Part shown: positions 1-9,215 of the stretch, piece after piece | Numbering within the stretch: the first letter of the stretch is position 1 | How the letters are laid out: each line of letters begins with the position of its first letter | Assembly (NCBI GenBank): GCA_038062025.1 | Contig: JBBTXW010000014.1 | Coordinates: 1 to 43,739 of the forward strand | Length of the DNA stretch: 43,739 nucleotides | From: Patescibacteria group bacterium | GTDB taxonomy: Bacteria > Patescibacteriota > Microgenomatia > UBA8517 > UBA10165 | Direction: 5' to 3' | Program-made: the position numbers and the translations under genes | Notes under the pieces: generated by a model | What the model saw: only the letters and a program-made list of their open reading frames with translations | Database searches by the model: none | What the model was told of the DNA's origin: nothing

Positions 1-30
1 TTGACATCACAATTTTAATGTGTATACACT
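1..30 (+). promoter_or_regulatory. Putative sigma70 promoter of the pilin cluster
   Basis: TTGACA at 1-6 and TATACA/TACACT at 23-30; in-frame ATGs at 35 and 41. Confidence 0.6.
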
Positions 31-34
31 GAAT

Positions 35-592
35 ATGTACATGTTTAATTCTGCCCACAGGTCTTCCCGCGGCTTTACCTTAATCGAACTACTTATCGTC
101 ATTGCGGTTATTGGAATTTTGGCAATTGCGGTTCTTTCTGCAATAAATCCAATTGAACAGATAAAGAAAGGAACCGATACAGCCAAAAGGTCAGATGCCT
201 CCGAGCTTCTTAGCGCGCTTGATCGATACTATACAACGTTTCAGTGTTACCCTTGGGATTTTAATGGGACGGATTGTGCATCAAGTCCTGCAGCAGTTTC
301 AATGGTTCAGGCAAGCACAATGGATGATGGCGCATCACGCGGCGCTGTCAACTACACGTTAAAAGAACTTACGACAGACACAAATGAACTTAAGCCTGAG
401 TATTTAAAAAGGAAAAACCTTGCAAGCATTTATGTAACAAAGGACTCAAGCGACCTAGGCCATGTTTGCTTCCAACCAGAATCAAAGCAAATGAGGGTTT
501 TGGCTAAGCTTCAGAGGAATGGGACAACTGCATGTACAGCCGGAACTTTTGCAGGAACCGCAGTCTCTTGCCATATCTGTATCCCTGAGTGA
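35..592 (+). CDS. Type IV pilin (possibly the major pilin)
   Basis: Class III signal RG|FTLIELLIVIAVIGILAIAVL with Glu+5; C-terminal Cys pairs; start ATG35 or ATG41. Confidence 0.9.
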   Translation: MYMFNSAHRSSRGFTLIELLIVIAVIGILAIAVLSAINPIEQIKKGTDTAKRSDASELLSALDRYYTTFQCYPWDFNGTDCASSPAAVSMVQASTMDDGASRGAVNYTLKELTTDTNELKPEYLKRKNLASIYVTKDSSDLGHVCFQPESKQMRVLAKLQRNGTTACTAGTFAGTAVSCHICIPE

Positions 593-1173
593 TGTTTCGG
601 CTCCCTGGCTTTTCAACTTTTGAGCTGACAGTTGTTATTGGGTTTTTGTTTGTTGTTACGGCAGTTTTCGTATTTTTTGTAGACCCGGTTGAGCGGGCAA
701 GGCAAAAGCGAGATGCGCGCCTCGCGCAAGATGCCCAAGAGGTTTTGGATTCATTGGGTAAATTTTATATCTCTTTTGGGCGGGTTCCCTGGTCAGATCG
801 GGTAAACCCAGTTGAGCTTTCCCCTGCTTTGTCTTGGAAGAGTTTGCGCGTGCCCGAGGTTGGAATATGTGCGGATAATGAGTGTAAAACACCCGGCGAA
901 CTTGTGACTTCAAAGAAGTTATCTGAAAGATTTTTGACGACCGACTCTGTGTTGGGTAGAAATGGCACAGTTTATATTTCCAAAGGTTCTGGGCCTAAAG
1001 TCACAATCTATGCTTGTTTTGTTCCAGAGTCGAAGGTGACAAGAAGAAAAAACGGGGAGCTTTTTAAAATTAATCTTGAAGCCGAATTTCCTAAAAACGG
1101 GACGTTGGCAAGCTGTCCTTCTGCAACGTCTTGGGTTGAGGAAGATGTTTGCTACACATGTGTAGCAAAGTAA
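589..1173 (+). CDS. Type IV pilin-like protein
   Basis: G|FSTFELTVVIG with Glu+5; paralogous to the upstream pilin (PVE..R, ACFVPESK vs VCFQPESK, terminal CxxC). Confidence 0.8.
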   Translation: MMFRLPGFSTFELTVVIGFLFVVTAVFVFFVDPVERARQKRDARLAQDAQEVLDSLGKFYISFGRVPWSDRVNPVELSPALSWKSLRVPEVGICADNECKTPGELVTSKKLSERFLTTDSVLGRNGTVYISKGSGPKVTIYACFVPESKVTRRKNGELFKINLEAEFPKNGTLASCPSATSWVEEDVCYTCVAK

Positions 1174-1250
1174 ATGAAACTTGCTTCACAATAAAAACTA
1201 AAAATGAAAAGTGAAAAACGATATATAATAATTTAGAAAGTTTTTTAAAC

Positions 1251-2015
1251 ATTTTTATTTTTACATTATCGTTTTTATATCTTATTTTTAATTTCTTCAT
1301 TGGCTCTGTTGTTGGCTCTTTCCTTGGCATGCTTACCTATCGCTTGCCGCGGGGTTTGGCGATAACCGGCAGATCAAAGTGTGAATCTTGTGGAAAAAAC
1401 ATCAGGTGGAGAGAGAACATTCCTATAATTGGTTATTTTCTGCTTAGGGGCAGGTGTAGGATGTGCCGCAGACCATACAGCATCAGGTACCCAGTTGTTG
1501 AGTTTCTTACTGCCTTATTTTTCGTTGTTGTGGGAAGATTTGCGCAAAACTCATCGGAACTTATTTTTCTGCTGATCTTTACAACGTTGAGTTTGGCTCT
1601 TTTGGTTGTAGATTTGGAGTTTAAAATACTGCCTGATGTTTTAACCCTCTCCCAAGGTATCCTAGTTTTTCTTTATATTCTCTCACTCCCCTCTCCGGGC
1701 TTGTACACACACATTTTTTGGGGTTTTCTATCTTTTTTGTTTTTCTTGGCAATTTATCTTGTAACGAGGCGCCGCGGGATGGGATTCGGGGATGTTAAAT
1801 TGTCTTTCGTTTTGGGTGCGCTTTTGGGATACCCGGGAATTTTGGTTTGGCTTTTTATTTCTTTTTGTTCTGGAGCGTTTGTGGGGGTGTTTTTACTAAT
1901 ATTGGGCAAAGCAGGATTGAAGCATGAAATTGCATTTGGTCCGTTTCTTCTTGTTGGTGCTTGGGTTACATATATTTGGGGAGAAGGTATACTGGGAATG
2001 TATTCAAATTTCTAA
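1251..2015 (+). CDS. pilD: Prepilin peptidase/N-methyltransferase (A24A); start uncertain
   Basis: GSFLGMLTYRLP, CESC/CRMC zinc motifs, catalytic Asp motifs VVDLE and GMGFGDVKL. Frame is open from 1215; first ATG is at 1329, inside the first TM segment. Confidence 0.9.
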   Translation: MFIFTLSFLYLIFNFFIGSVVGSFLGMLTYRLPRGLAITGRSKCESCGKNIRWRENIPIIGYFLLRGRCRMCRRPYSIRYPVVEFLTALFFVVVGRFAQNSSELIFLLIFTTLSLALLVVDLEFKILPDVLTLSQGILVFLYILSLPSPGLYTHIFWGFLSFLFFLAIYLVTRRRGMGFGDVKLSFVLGALLGYPGILVWLFISFCSGAFVGVFLLILGKAGLKHEIAFGPFLLVGAWVTYIWGEGILGMYSNF

Positions 2016-2577
2016 TTTTAAATTTAAAATTCGGGGTGTTAATCATAGAGAGCTTACTTTTATTGTGATTGTGCTTGGACTTGTGGGGGGATTTTCCTAC
2101 TTTAATTTTCAAAAATCATATATTAGAGCAAGAGATGTCCAGAGAAAGAACGATTTAAAACATATTGCAACTGCTTTATCTTCATATCAGTATGATTTTG
2201 GATATTATCCCCCGTCGCGGGAGGGCAAGATTTTGGCTTGCGGGTCTTTTGAGAACCTGAGAACCTGCGAATGGGGTGCTGATACTTTGAGGGACATTTC
2301 TGATCTTGAGTACCCTCCTTATATTGCCACTTTGCCGAATGATCCTCATCAGTCGAGAAATTTAGCAAGATATAAATACATATCAAATACTCAAAATTTT
2401 CAATTGTATGCTTCATTAGAAAGCAAAAATGACGCAGAATACAACGAAAATGTGGTATCTTTAAACTTAGACTGCGGCGGAAGAATGTGTAATTTTAGAG
2501 TTACTAGCGATGATAAAATACAACAACTCATAGATGAGATAGAAGGTGTGTTGGATGAGAATGAAGAGAAAAAGTGA
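1924..2577 (+). CDS. GspG-like pseudopilin; true start probably near 2000
   Basis: Degenerate signal RG|VNHRELTFIVIVLG, then RARDVQRKNDL..YYP..LPNDP..YKY..FQLYASLE. Confidence 0.75.
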   Translation: MKLHLVRFFLLVLGLHIFGEKVYWECIQISNFKFKIRGVNHRELTFIVIVLGLVGGFSYFNFQKSYIRARDVQRKNDLKHIATALSSYQYDFGYYPPSREGKILACGSFENLRTCEWGADTLRDISDLEYPPYIATLPNDPHQSRNLARYKYISNTQNFQLYASLESKNDAEYNENVVSLNLDCGGRMCNFRVTSDDKIQQLIDEIEGVLDENEEKK

Positions 2578-2962
2578 AAAGGGAAAAGTGAAAAGGGAAA
2601 AGTCACAGGACACAAGGTTTATTCAAGGCCTTATTTTTATATGCCTGTTGGGGATTCTAGTGTTAGCTTTCCTCTGGGATGTTAGGGTTAAGCAGGTGGC
2701 ACAGAGAGATACGCAAAGGAAAGCGGATTTGATGACAGTTCAGGAAAAAATTGAAGAGTATTATGAACAAAATAAAAAGTTTCCGCAAGAGTTTGATTTT
2801 CCAAAAGATCCCCACAAGCAGCTTTATTATTCATATAGAGTTTCTAAAGATGGTACAAAATATGAACTTTTTGCAAGACTTGAAAATTCGAAAGACACAG
2901 ATGTGACTGGAACGGATACAGATTGTGGGGCAAGATGCAACTTTGTAATCACAAACAAATGA
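2561..2962 (+). CDS. GspG-like pilin-domain protein
   Basis: TM helix followed by QRDTQRKADL..EYY..FPKDP..YELFARLE; no canonical G|F site; start uncertain. Confidence 0.7.
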   Translation: MKRKSEKGKVKREKSQDTRFIQGLIFICLLGILVLAFLWDVRVKQVAQRDTQRKADLMTVQEKIEEYYEQNKKFPQEFDFPKDPHKQLYYSYRVSKDGTKYELFARLENSKDTDVTGTDTDCGARCNFVITNK

Positions 2963-3471
2963 AAAAGGGCTTCACTTTAATAACGGACTTTTTTAAGAAA
3001 AAAAGATCCGATATGAGTGCTCAACCACTTCGTGGTTTTACCCTCATTGAAATTCTGATTGTCATTACAATAATCGGAATTCTTGTTGTGGCGCTTCTTG
3101 GGGCATTAAATCCGCTTGAGCAAATCAGAAAAGGAGCGGACGCAGACCGTGTAAACGACCTTCGGCAATACCATATTGCTTTGGAAAACTACTCAAATGT
3201 AAATAACGGGTTGTATCCGGTTTCTGCTTCAATTGTTGCATTGAGAAATCTTTGCAATGTTGGGTCTCCCCCGCCCCTTCGGGCGTATATGTCGGGTTGT
3301 CCAACGGATGCTCAAAATACACATAAATATATTTCTGACGGATCCGGGACAACTTATGTGTTTTGGGGCAAATTATCAGCAAAAGGTGCTGGATTTTGGA
3401 CTGTTTGTGCAAACGGAAAGTCTGGAAAGGTGACAAGTGAGCCGACAAGTGTGAATTGTCCATTACCATGA
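2959..3471 (+). CDS. Type IV pilin with duplicated GFTLI leader
   Basis: MKKGFTLITDFFKKKRSDMSAQPLRG|FTLIEILIVI; ATGA-like overlap with the previous stop. Confidence 0.88.
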   Translation: MKKGFTLITDFFKKKRSDMSAQPLRGFTLIEILIVITIIGILVVALLGALNPLEQIRKGADADRVNDLRQYHIALENYSNVNNGLYPVSASIVALRNLCNVGSPPPLRAYMSGCPTDAQNTHKYISDGSGTTYVFWGKLSAKGAGFWTVCANGKSGKVTSEPTSVNCPLP

Positions 3472-3962
3472 ATATAAAAAAAAGAGGGTTTACCTTGATA
3501 ACGGACTTTTTTAAGAAAAAAAGATCCGATATGAGCTCTGGTAAAAATTATGGATTTACGCTCATTGAGATTCTTGTTGTTTTGGCGATAATTGGAATTC
3601 TTATTGGCCTTTCGATTGTTGCTTTTTCTGCTGCAAGCAAAGCTGCGCGGGATAACAAAAGAAAAACAGACTTGGCAGAGATTAGATCAAACATTGAAAT
3701 ATACAGAACTGATTGTGGAGAGTACCCTGCGGCGGTAACTTTTGGAGGAGCACTCAATGGTGGGACGGCAGCATGTTCAGGAAATGTTTATATGTCTCTT
3801 GTGCCTCGAGATCCCCAACAAACGACTGGGACAAGGAGCTACTACTATTCAAGAACTACAACCAATACGTACGAGCTGTGTGCGGCGCTTGAACAAGGCG
3901 GTAGTGCGACTTGTGGAGGAGCATGTACTGTTGCATGTAATTTTAGGTTAACCAACCCATGA
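3468..3962 (+). CDS. Type IV pilin/GspG-like protein with duplicated GFTLI leader
   Basis: MNIKKRGFTLITDFFKKKRSDMSSGKNYG|FTLIEILVVLAI; ARDNKRKTDL, PRDP and YELCAALE motifs. Confidence 0.88.
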   Translation: MNIKKRGFTLITDFFKKKRSDMSSGKNYGFTLIEILVVLAIIGILIGLSIVAFSAASKAARDNKRKTDLAEIRSNIEIYRTDCGEYPAAVTFGGALNGGTAACSGNVYMSLVPRDPQQTTGTRSYYYSRTTTNTYELCAALEQGGSATCGGACTVACNFRLTNP

Positions 3963-4405
3963 GCCGCGGCTACACACTTATCGAGATCCTTATTGTTCTT
4001 GTTATCGCCACTATCCTTTTTTTTGGTGGGTTTGGGGCGTATCGCGAATTTACAAGAAGGCAAATTTTGAATGGAGTTTACAATGAACTTGGAGTTAATC
4101 TTTCTTTTGCAAGAGAGCTTGCTTGGGCTGGTGAGAAACCAACTGGGTGTACCGGAGTTTTGGCTGGGTACGTGGTCGCTTTTTTGGCAGAAAGCTACAC
4201 AATTTCCGCAACTTGCCCAAATTCTATAATCGTTCGAACGATTACTCTCCCTTCGGGGGTAACAATCGCATCGACAAATTTTATGTATAAGGTTTTAGGA
4301 CAAGGAACAACTCTTCCTGCAAGCGTTGTTGCGACTGTGGCTTATCCTGCAGTTGGGAGAACAATCAGTGCAATAATAACGAAGGAAGGGATATTGCAGA
4401 AGTGA
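3959..4405 (+). CDS. Minor pilin (FimU/GspH-like)
   Basis: RG|YTLIEILIVLVI; ATGA overlap with the upstream gene. Confidence 0.85.
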   Translation: MSRGYTLIEILIVLVIATILFFGGFGAYREFTRRQILNGVYNELGVNLSFARELAWAGEKPTGCTGVLAGYVVAFLAESYTISATCPNSIIVRTITLPSGVTIASTNFMYKVLGQGTTLPASVVATVAYPAVGRTISAIITKEGILQK

Positions 4406-4890
4406 AACGTGACACGAGACAGGTGACAAGTAACACGAAGGCAACGTGTCGCGTGTGGCGTGTCGCGTGTGGCGGACAAACCCTTGTGGAGCTTGTTATT
4501 GTCTTGGCGGTCGTTGGCTTAGTTATTACCGGGGTTGTTTCTATTGCTGCCGTTTCGGTTCGTAACGCGCGGTTTGCCAAAGATCAAGCAACTGCGGCTC
4601 GATTTACTCAAGAAGCAATTGAGTGGATAAGACAACAAAGGGATTCAAGCTGGTCTGGCTTTGCGGCACGGGCAGGAAGAACTTATTGTATGGACCAGCT
4701 TTATTGGAATATCGTTAATCCATGTACTGCAGGGCAAGTTATTCCAAACACCGCTTTTACAAGGAGTGCAAACCTTATTTCTTTGGATGCATCTAGTGTT
4801 TCTGTGGATGTGACTGTGGCTTGGACAGATGCAAGAGGGTCACATCAATCTAGGATGTCGACGATTTTGACAAGCTGGACAGGACAGTAG
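4402..4890 (+). CDS. Minor pilin (PilV-like)
   Basis: G|QTLVELVIVLAVVG..ATAARFTQEAIEWIR..VDVTVAW; leader encoded by 7-nt repeats. Confidence 0.82.
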   Translation: MKRDTRQVTSNTKATCRVWRVACGGQTLVELVIVLAVVGLVITGVVSIAAVSVRNARFAKDQATAARFTQEAIEWIRQQRDSSWSGFAARAGRTYCMDQLYWNIVNPCTAGQVIPNTAFTRSANLISLDASSVSVDVTVAWTDARGSHQSRMSTILTSWTGQ

Positions 4891-4904
4891 CGCGAAGCGC
4901 TACA

Positions 4905-5441
4905 ATGCTAAATGCTAAATTACAAATGATAAATTTAAGACGAATGAACCGAGGGTTTACCCTTATTGAAATTCTTGTTGTTATTTCTATTTTCGCCATA
5001 ATTCTTCTTATTGCCAATCAAATTCTTTTCTCGGCTTTTCGCGGCTCATCAAAGGCAGAAGCAACGACTCGAGTCAAAAGAGAAGGAGAGCGCGTTTTTG
5101 GACTTATGGAAAGATCGATTCGCAACTCCAGAGCAATTATTTCCTGCAATTCTTCGCAAATTACCTATCAAGACCAATATGGGGTTACTGCTTCTTTTGT
5201 ATGCAGAAATGTTGGTACCCCGAACATTGGTGAGATTGCAGCGGGAAGTGCTGCTCTTGCTCCTATTACGGTTAATGATGTGGATGTTACTGCCTGTTCT
5301 TTTTCCTGCGAAACTGTTGGGGGTATAAACAAAGCCGTTCTTATCAATGCAACATTTGTTGCAGAAGCATTGTCAACTAGTGCTCGGGTTGAGGAAAGAG
5401 GGTCAATAAGTCTTCAAAGCAGAATTCTTTTGAGAAATTAG
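4905..5441 (+). CDS. Minor pilin (PilW-like)
   Basis: RG|FTLIEILVVISIF..MERSIRN..C-terminal LRN. Confidence 0.85.
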   Translation: MLNAKLQMINLRRMNRGFTLIEILVVISIFAIILLIANQILFSAFRGSSKAEATTRVKREGERVFGLMERSIRNSRAIISCNSSQITYQDQYGVTASFVCRNVGTPNIGEIAAGSAALAPITVNDVDVTACSFSCETVGGINKAVLINATFVAEALSTSARVEERGSISLQSRILLRN

Positions 5442-5462
5442 AAATTGTTAAGAGCGTGCAAT

Positions 5463-5516
5463 CCCCAGGTGTAGGTATAAATCCACCTCCGAGGTGGAAT
5501 AGCTTTGCACGTTGGG
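5463..5516 (+). repeat. REP family A copy (nested palindrome)
   Basis: CCCCAGGTGTAGGTATAAA-TCCACCTCCGAGGTGGA-ATAGCTTTGCACGTTGGG; matches the repeats flanking the RAYT. Confidence 0.85.
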
Positions 5517-5706
5517 ATTTGGCTTGCTACGCCTGGTCTTGCGAGACCTGGCTGCGAGACTAGGCGGCCGGTTGTGATGCTTAGCACATCAACCAAGAGG
5601 CTGGTTGTCACGCTATGAGCTATTTCCTAATAGCTCTCTGAGGCTCGCAGAGCCGAATATGAGATTGTTTGACTTTCGGTGTTGCCTATTGATACATTGA
5701 AATGGA

Positions 5707-6624
5707 ATGCCCACACAAATTGCCCCAACTCGAGCTCGCGAATCCGGTCAGGCCTTGGTTGTTGTACTTCTTATCCTCTCAGTTGTTTTGACAATTGCTT
5801 TATCGATTGCTTCCAGATCGGTTACAGATATTACAATTTCTAAAAAAGAAGAAGATGCGCTACGCGCAGTCTCGGCTGCAGAAGCTGGTGTTGAACAGCT
5901 TTTGAAAACCGGGGCCGGGACGACAATTGCTGGGAGTTTGCCTGTTGGGTCAACTTTTAATGCAAGTATTTCCGGTCTTGCTCAAGGAACTCAGGAGTTT
6001 GCTTTTCCAACTGGGCTTCGTGCGGGTGATACAACCAGTATATGGTTTGTCTCGCATGACACGGGCGGGAATCTGGTTTGTACTGGGGCGCTCCCCTGTT
6101 TTACCGGAGACCGGATAAAAATTTGTTGGGGAAACCCGGGAACTAGCGGTTCGTCGTCCACGGCGCCAGCTTTAGAATTCTCACTTTTGCATACTTCCGG
6201 GAGCGGAGGTGGGTCGACTGCAAAAATTGGGAGAGCGGCATATGACCCAAACAGCTCAAGACGAACAGACAATAATTTCGCTGACGCTTCCGGTTCATGC
6301 ACAATAGACAACAGAAGTTTTGCTTTTAGCAAAGAATTTACACTCTCTTCAATTGGTGCCTCGGCTCGAGGGAACAACACATCGCTTCCCGGTCCCCAAA
6401 CCGGGAGAGTTAGATTTTTTTACAATACAGATATTGACCATGTTGTAGGAATTTCGGTTAATTTTCCTGGGAATGGTGTTCTTCCCCAACAGGGAAATAA
6501 AATTGAATCTTTGGGAACTGCTGGGGAAGCGAAAAGAAAGGTTGTAGTTTATAGACCATATGCGGATATCCCACCTATCTTTGATTTTGGGCTTTATTCT
6601 GGGGCGGGAGATTTGTCAAAGTGA
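5707..6624 (+). CDS. PilX-like minor pilin
   Basis: SG|QALVVVLLIL (no Glu+5, as typical of PilX/GspK) and ALRAVSAAEAGVE; promoter TTGACT-18-TACATT just upstream. Confidence 0.82.
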   Translation: MPTQIAPTRARESGQALVVVLLILSVVLTIALSIASRSVTDITISKKEEDALRAVSAAEAGVEQLLKTGAGTTIAGSLPVGSTFNASISGLAQGTQEFAFPTGLRAGDTTSIWFVSHDTGGNLVCTGALPCFTGDRIKICWGNPGTSGSSSTAPALEFSLLHTSGSGGGSTAKIGRAAYDPNSSRRTDNNFADASGSCTIDNRSFAFSKEFTLSSIGASARGNNTSLPGPQTGRVRFFYNTDIDHVVGISVNFPGNGVLPQQGNKIESLGTAGEAKRKVVVYRPYADIPPIFDFGLYSGAGDLSK

Positions 6625-6650
6625 CACGCAACAAGTGACATGTAACACGT

Positions 6651-7670
6651 ATGGCTATTTTAGGACTTGATATCGGTTCAAAATCAATAAAGGTTGTTCA
6701 GCTTGAAAAGCGGGGCGATACCTTTTTATTGATGGCTGCTGGGGTTACTGCGGTTCCTGGGAATGGTTTGGAGTCTGATAACGAGCGGGATATTGTCGGA
6801 GTTGCAGAAGCTGTTAAAAAGCTATTGAGTGATACAAAAGTAACAGTAAAACAAGTAAACATTGTACTTCCCGAAAACAAAGTATTTACAAGATTTATCA
6901 AACTCCCCTATTTAACAGACCAAGAGGTGGATTCGGCGATCGCATGGCAAGCTGAACCATATATTCCTATCCCAATAGCAGAAGCCAATATAGATTACCA
7001 AATATTAAGACGCGTTGAGCCATCGGGCGGAACTCCCGGGAGTGTTGAGGTTTTGTTGGTTGCTGCTTCTAAAAACTTGATTTCTAAATATATGAAGGTT
7101 TCAACGTTTGCAGATCTGGAGGTTGTGAATGTAGAAACAGAGCTTTTGTCTCTGGTGCGCGCACTTGCTCCGCAAGACCAAACGGTAGTTTTAGTTGACT
7201 TTGGTTCTTCTTCAACTTCGGTTGGAATTGTTCGAGGAGGGCAACTTAGCTTAAGCTATTCTATTGCTTCGGGGGGAGATGCGCTAACTCGGGCTGTGTC
7301 AACTTCTCTAAACTTGGGTCTTCCTCAAGCAGAAGAATACAAGCGCGCGTATGGCTTGGATGAAAACATGGGCGGTGGTAAGGTCGCGGAGGCTCTAAAA
7401 GCAGTTTTTGCGCAAATCGTTGATGAAATAAAAAAGGCTTTGCAGTATTACAAAACTGAGATTGGGGATCAGAATCCTGTTTCGACACTGATTCTTGCCG
7501 GAGGAACTGCCGGGATGCCACATGTTGTACTTTATCTTTCGCAAGCTTTAGGGATGGATGTGTTGATTGGAGACCCATTTGTAAGAATTTCTAAAGATAC
7601 TCCCCTGGACAAAAGTTTTGTTGCCTATGCTCCGCTTTATGGAGTTGCGATAGGGGCTGCGGAGCAGTAA
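6651..7670 (+). CDS. pilM: Type IV pilus assembly protein PilM (actin-like fold)
   Basis: LGLDIGSKSIKVVQL, VLVDFGSSST, LILAGGTA, YGVAIGAA. Confidence 0.93.
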   Translation: MAILGLDIGSKSIKVVQLEKRGDTFLLMAAGVTAVPGNGLESDNERDIVGVAEAVKKLLSDTKVTVKQVNIVLPENKVFTRFIKLPYLTDQEVDSAIAWQAEPYIPIPIAEANIDYQILRRVEPSGGTPGSVEVLLVAASKNLISKYMKVSTFADLEVVNVETELLSLVRALAPQDQTVVLVDFGSSSTSVGIVRGGQLSLSYSIASGGDALTRAVSTSLNLGLPQAEEYKRAYGLDENMGGGKVAEALKAVFAQIVDEIKKALQYYKTEIGDQNPVSTLILAGGTAGMPHVVLYLSQALGMDVLIGDPFVRISKDTPLDKSFVAYAPLYGVAIGAAEQ

Positions 7671-7676
7671 CACAAT

Positions 7677-8222
7677 ATGAGGAACCCATCTGTCCAGACA
7701 AAAACACACGGGATTAATCTTGCGGGGAATGCTCCTCTTGAGGCTGCAAAGATTAACAAGACACAGAGTGTAGTTAGGCGCACGAGCTTTATTGTTTTAG
7801 GAGTATATTTTGTAGTATTGCTTGGGGTTGTTGGTACACATTTTTTCTTTTTGTCGCAGGAGCGGAAATTGATTGCAGAAGGCGGACAGTTGAGACGAGA
7901 TATTGCAGGACTATCTTCTATTGAAACATTGCTTGAAACAGTAAAAAGCCGGACTACAGTCGCAACAAACATTTTGACAAGTTCTCCACAGGCGCCTGAA
8001 CGACTACTGGCGGAAGTAATAAGACTTGCACCTGCTGAGGCAAGCATTGCTGAAGTAAATACTCAAGAAGGAAAGTTTGTGATTTCATTAAATCTTCCAG
8101 ATTCTGCTACTGTTTCTGAACTTTTCAAATCTATTGCAGATTCCCAATTTAGCAGCATTTTTTTGGACGGGCTGTCAAAGACAACACGGGGGGTTTATAC
8201 GGTAACTTTAAGTGTCCAATAA
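7677..8222 (+). CDS. PilN-like protein
   Basis: INL motif, single TM helix and coiled coil; follows pilM. Confidence 0.7.
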   Translation: MRNPSVQTKTHGINLAGNAPLEAAKINKTQSVVRRTSFIVLGVYFVVLLGVVGTHFFFLSQERKLIAEGGQLRRDIAGLSSIETLLETVKSRTTVATNILTSSPQAPERLLAEVIRLAPAEASIAEVNTQEGKFVISLNLPDSATVSELFKSIADSQFSSIFLDGLSKTTRGVYTVTLSVQ

Positions 8223-8254
8223 AAGCGGGGTGAGAAATTGGATAAGCAAGAACT

Positions 8255-8971
8255 ATGCAGTTAAATACAGAAATTAAATTACCAACAAGAGAGGCTCTAA
8301 AAAGCAACTCTCGCCATTTTATTATTCCCCTTCTTGTTTTTTTGGTCATAACCGTCTTAAGTGTTACCTTTGGCAGAAGTAGCTTTAATAACATTTTTGC
8401 AACGCGGGAAAGAATGCTTCAATTCAAGGTGGAAAATGCTACATTGTCGGAGAAAAGGAATACTTTAGCGGAGTTAGACCGTACTATTTTGACGCGTCAG
8501 GCTCAAGTCAGCTTATTGGCAGTTCCTTCTGCAAGCTCTGGGCCTGCGGCTCTTTCTGCAATAAGAACTCGGGCGTTTGAGAGAAACATCAATATAACCG
8601 AAGTTAAACTGTCTGAAAAACAAGGGGTTCAAAAAGGTGCAAGGGAGACTGGCATTATTTTAGAATTTGAGGGGGGTTTGGGGGCAATAATTGACCTTAT
8701 TGATAATCTTAAAACTGCGGCCCCGATTGTAAAAATTTCAAAAATTAAAATGGTTGGAGCAGAAGGCTTGCCGACCTTATCTGCTGACTTGGATCTTTTG
8801 ACTTTCTGGGTAGGCTTGCCAACAAACTTGCCTGCGGCTAATCAGCCGATTGCAAATCTTAACCAAAAGGACTTGGAGTTAATTCGTGAGATGGAGAAAT
8901 TGAAGATTGGGGTTGGACAAACTATTGAGCCTGCGCCGCCTGCGGGGAAGAGTGATCCGTTTACTGAGTAG
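8255..8971 (+). CDS. PilO-like protein
   Basis: TM helix plus coiled coil; C-terminal GKSDPF; position after pilM and the pilN-like gene. Confidence 0.7.
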   Translation: MQLNTEIKLPTREALKSNSRHFIIPLLVFLVITVLSVTFGRSSFNNIFATRERMLQFKVENATLSEKRNTLAELDRTILTRQAQVSLLAVPSASSGPAALSAIRTRAFERNINITEVKLSEKQGVQKGARETGIILEFEGGLGAIIDLIDNLKTAAPIVKISKIKMVGAEGLPTLSADLDLLTFWVGLPTNLPAANQPIANLNQKDLELIREMEKLKIGVGQTIEPAPPAGKSDPFTE

Positions 8972-9197
8972 TTTCTTCGAGATTCACGTTAATATTGATT
9001 TTTTCAACAATGGCTCTTGCGCGGGCTAAACTTCTGATAGCACGTATAGTCCGTCCTTCTTTCCCAATTAAAAGTCCCATCACGTCTTTTGGAGCGCGGA
9101 TTGTATATTGATGCACCCCGTCAACCATGTCTTCTGAAACTTGGACATCTTTATTGTTTGTGACTCCTTGGGTTATATGGGTTAAAAGGTCTATCAT
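8961..9197 (-). CDS. khpA: KH-domain RNA-binding protein KhpA
   Basis: MGLLIGKEGRTIRAIRSL (GxxG); conserved position after rpsP. Confidence 0.9.
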   Translation of the reverse strand: MIDLLTHITQGVTNNKDVQVSEDMVDGVHQYTIRAPKDVMGLLIGKEGRTIRAIRSLARARAIVEKININVNLEETTQ

Positions 9198-9215
9198 CTG
9201 GGTTATTGGATTGTG

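Noticed and set aside
2980-3535. Pilin repeat pair as a diversity-generating retroelement TR/VR
   Set aside because: Only 38 nt, fully identical (no adenine-specific mismatches), N-terminal, and no reverse transcriptase in the window
4887-4903. GTAGCGC-GAA-GCGCTAC hairpin at a pilin stop codon as a terminator or family B REP
   Set aside because: No U tract, mid-operon, single copy and a different layout from family B; not enough evidence to classify
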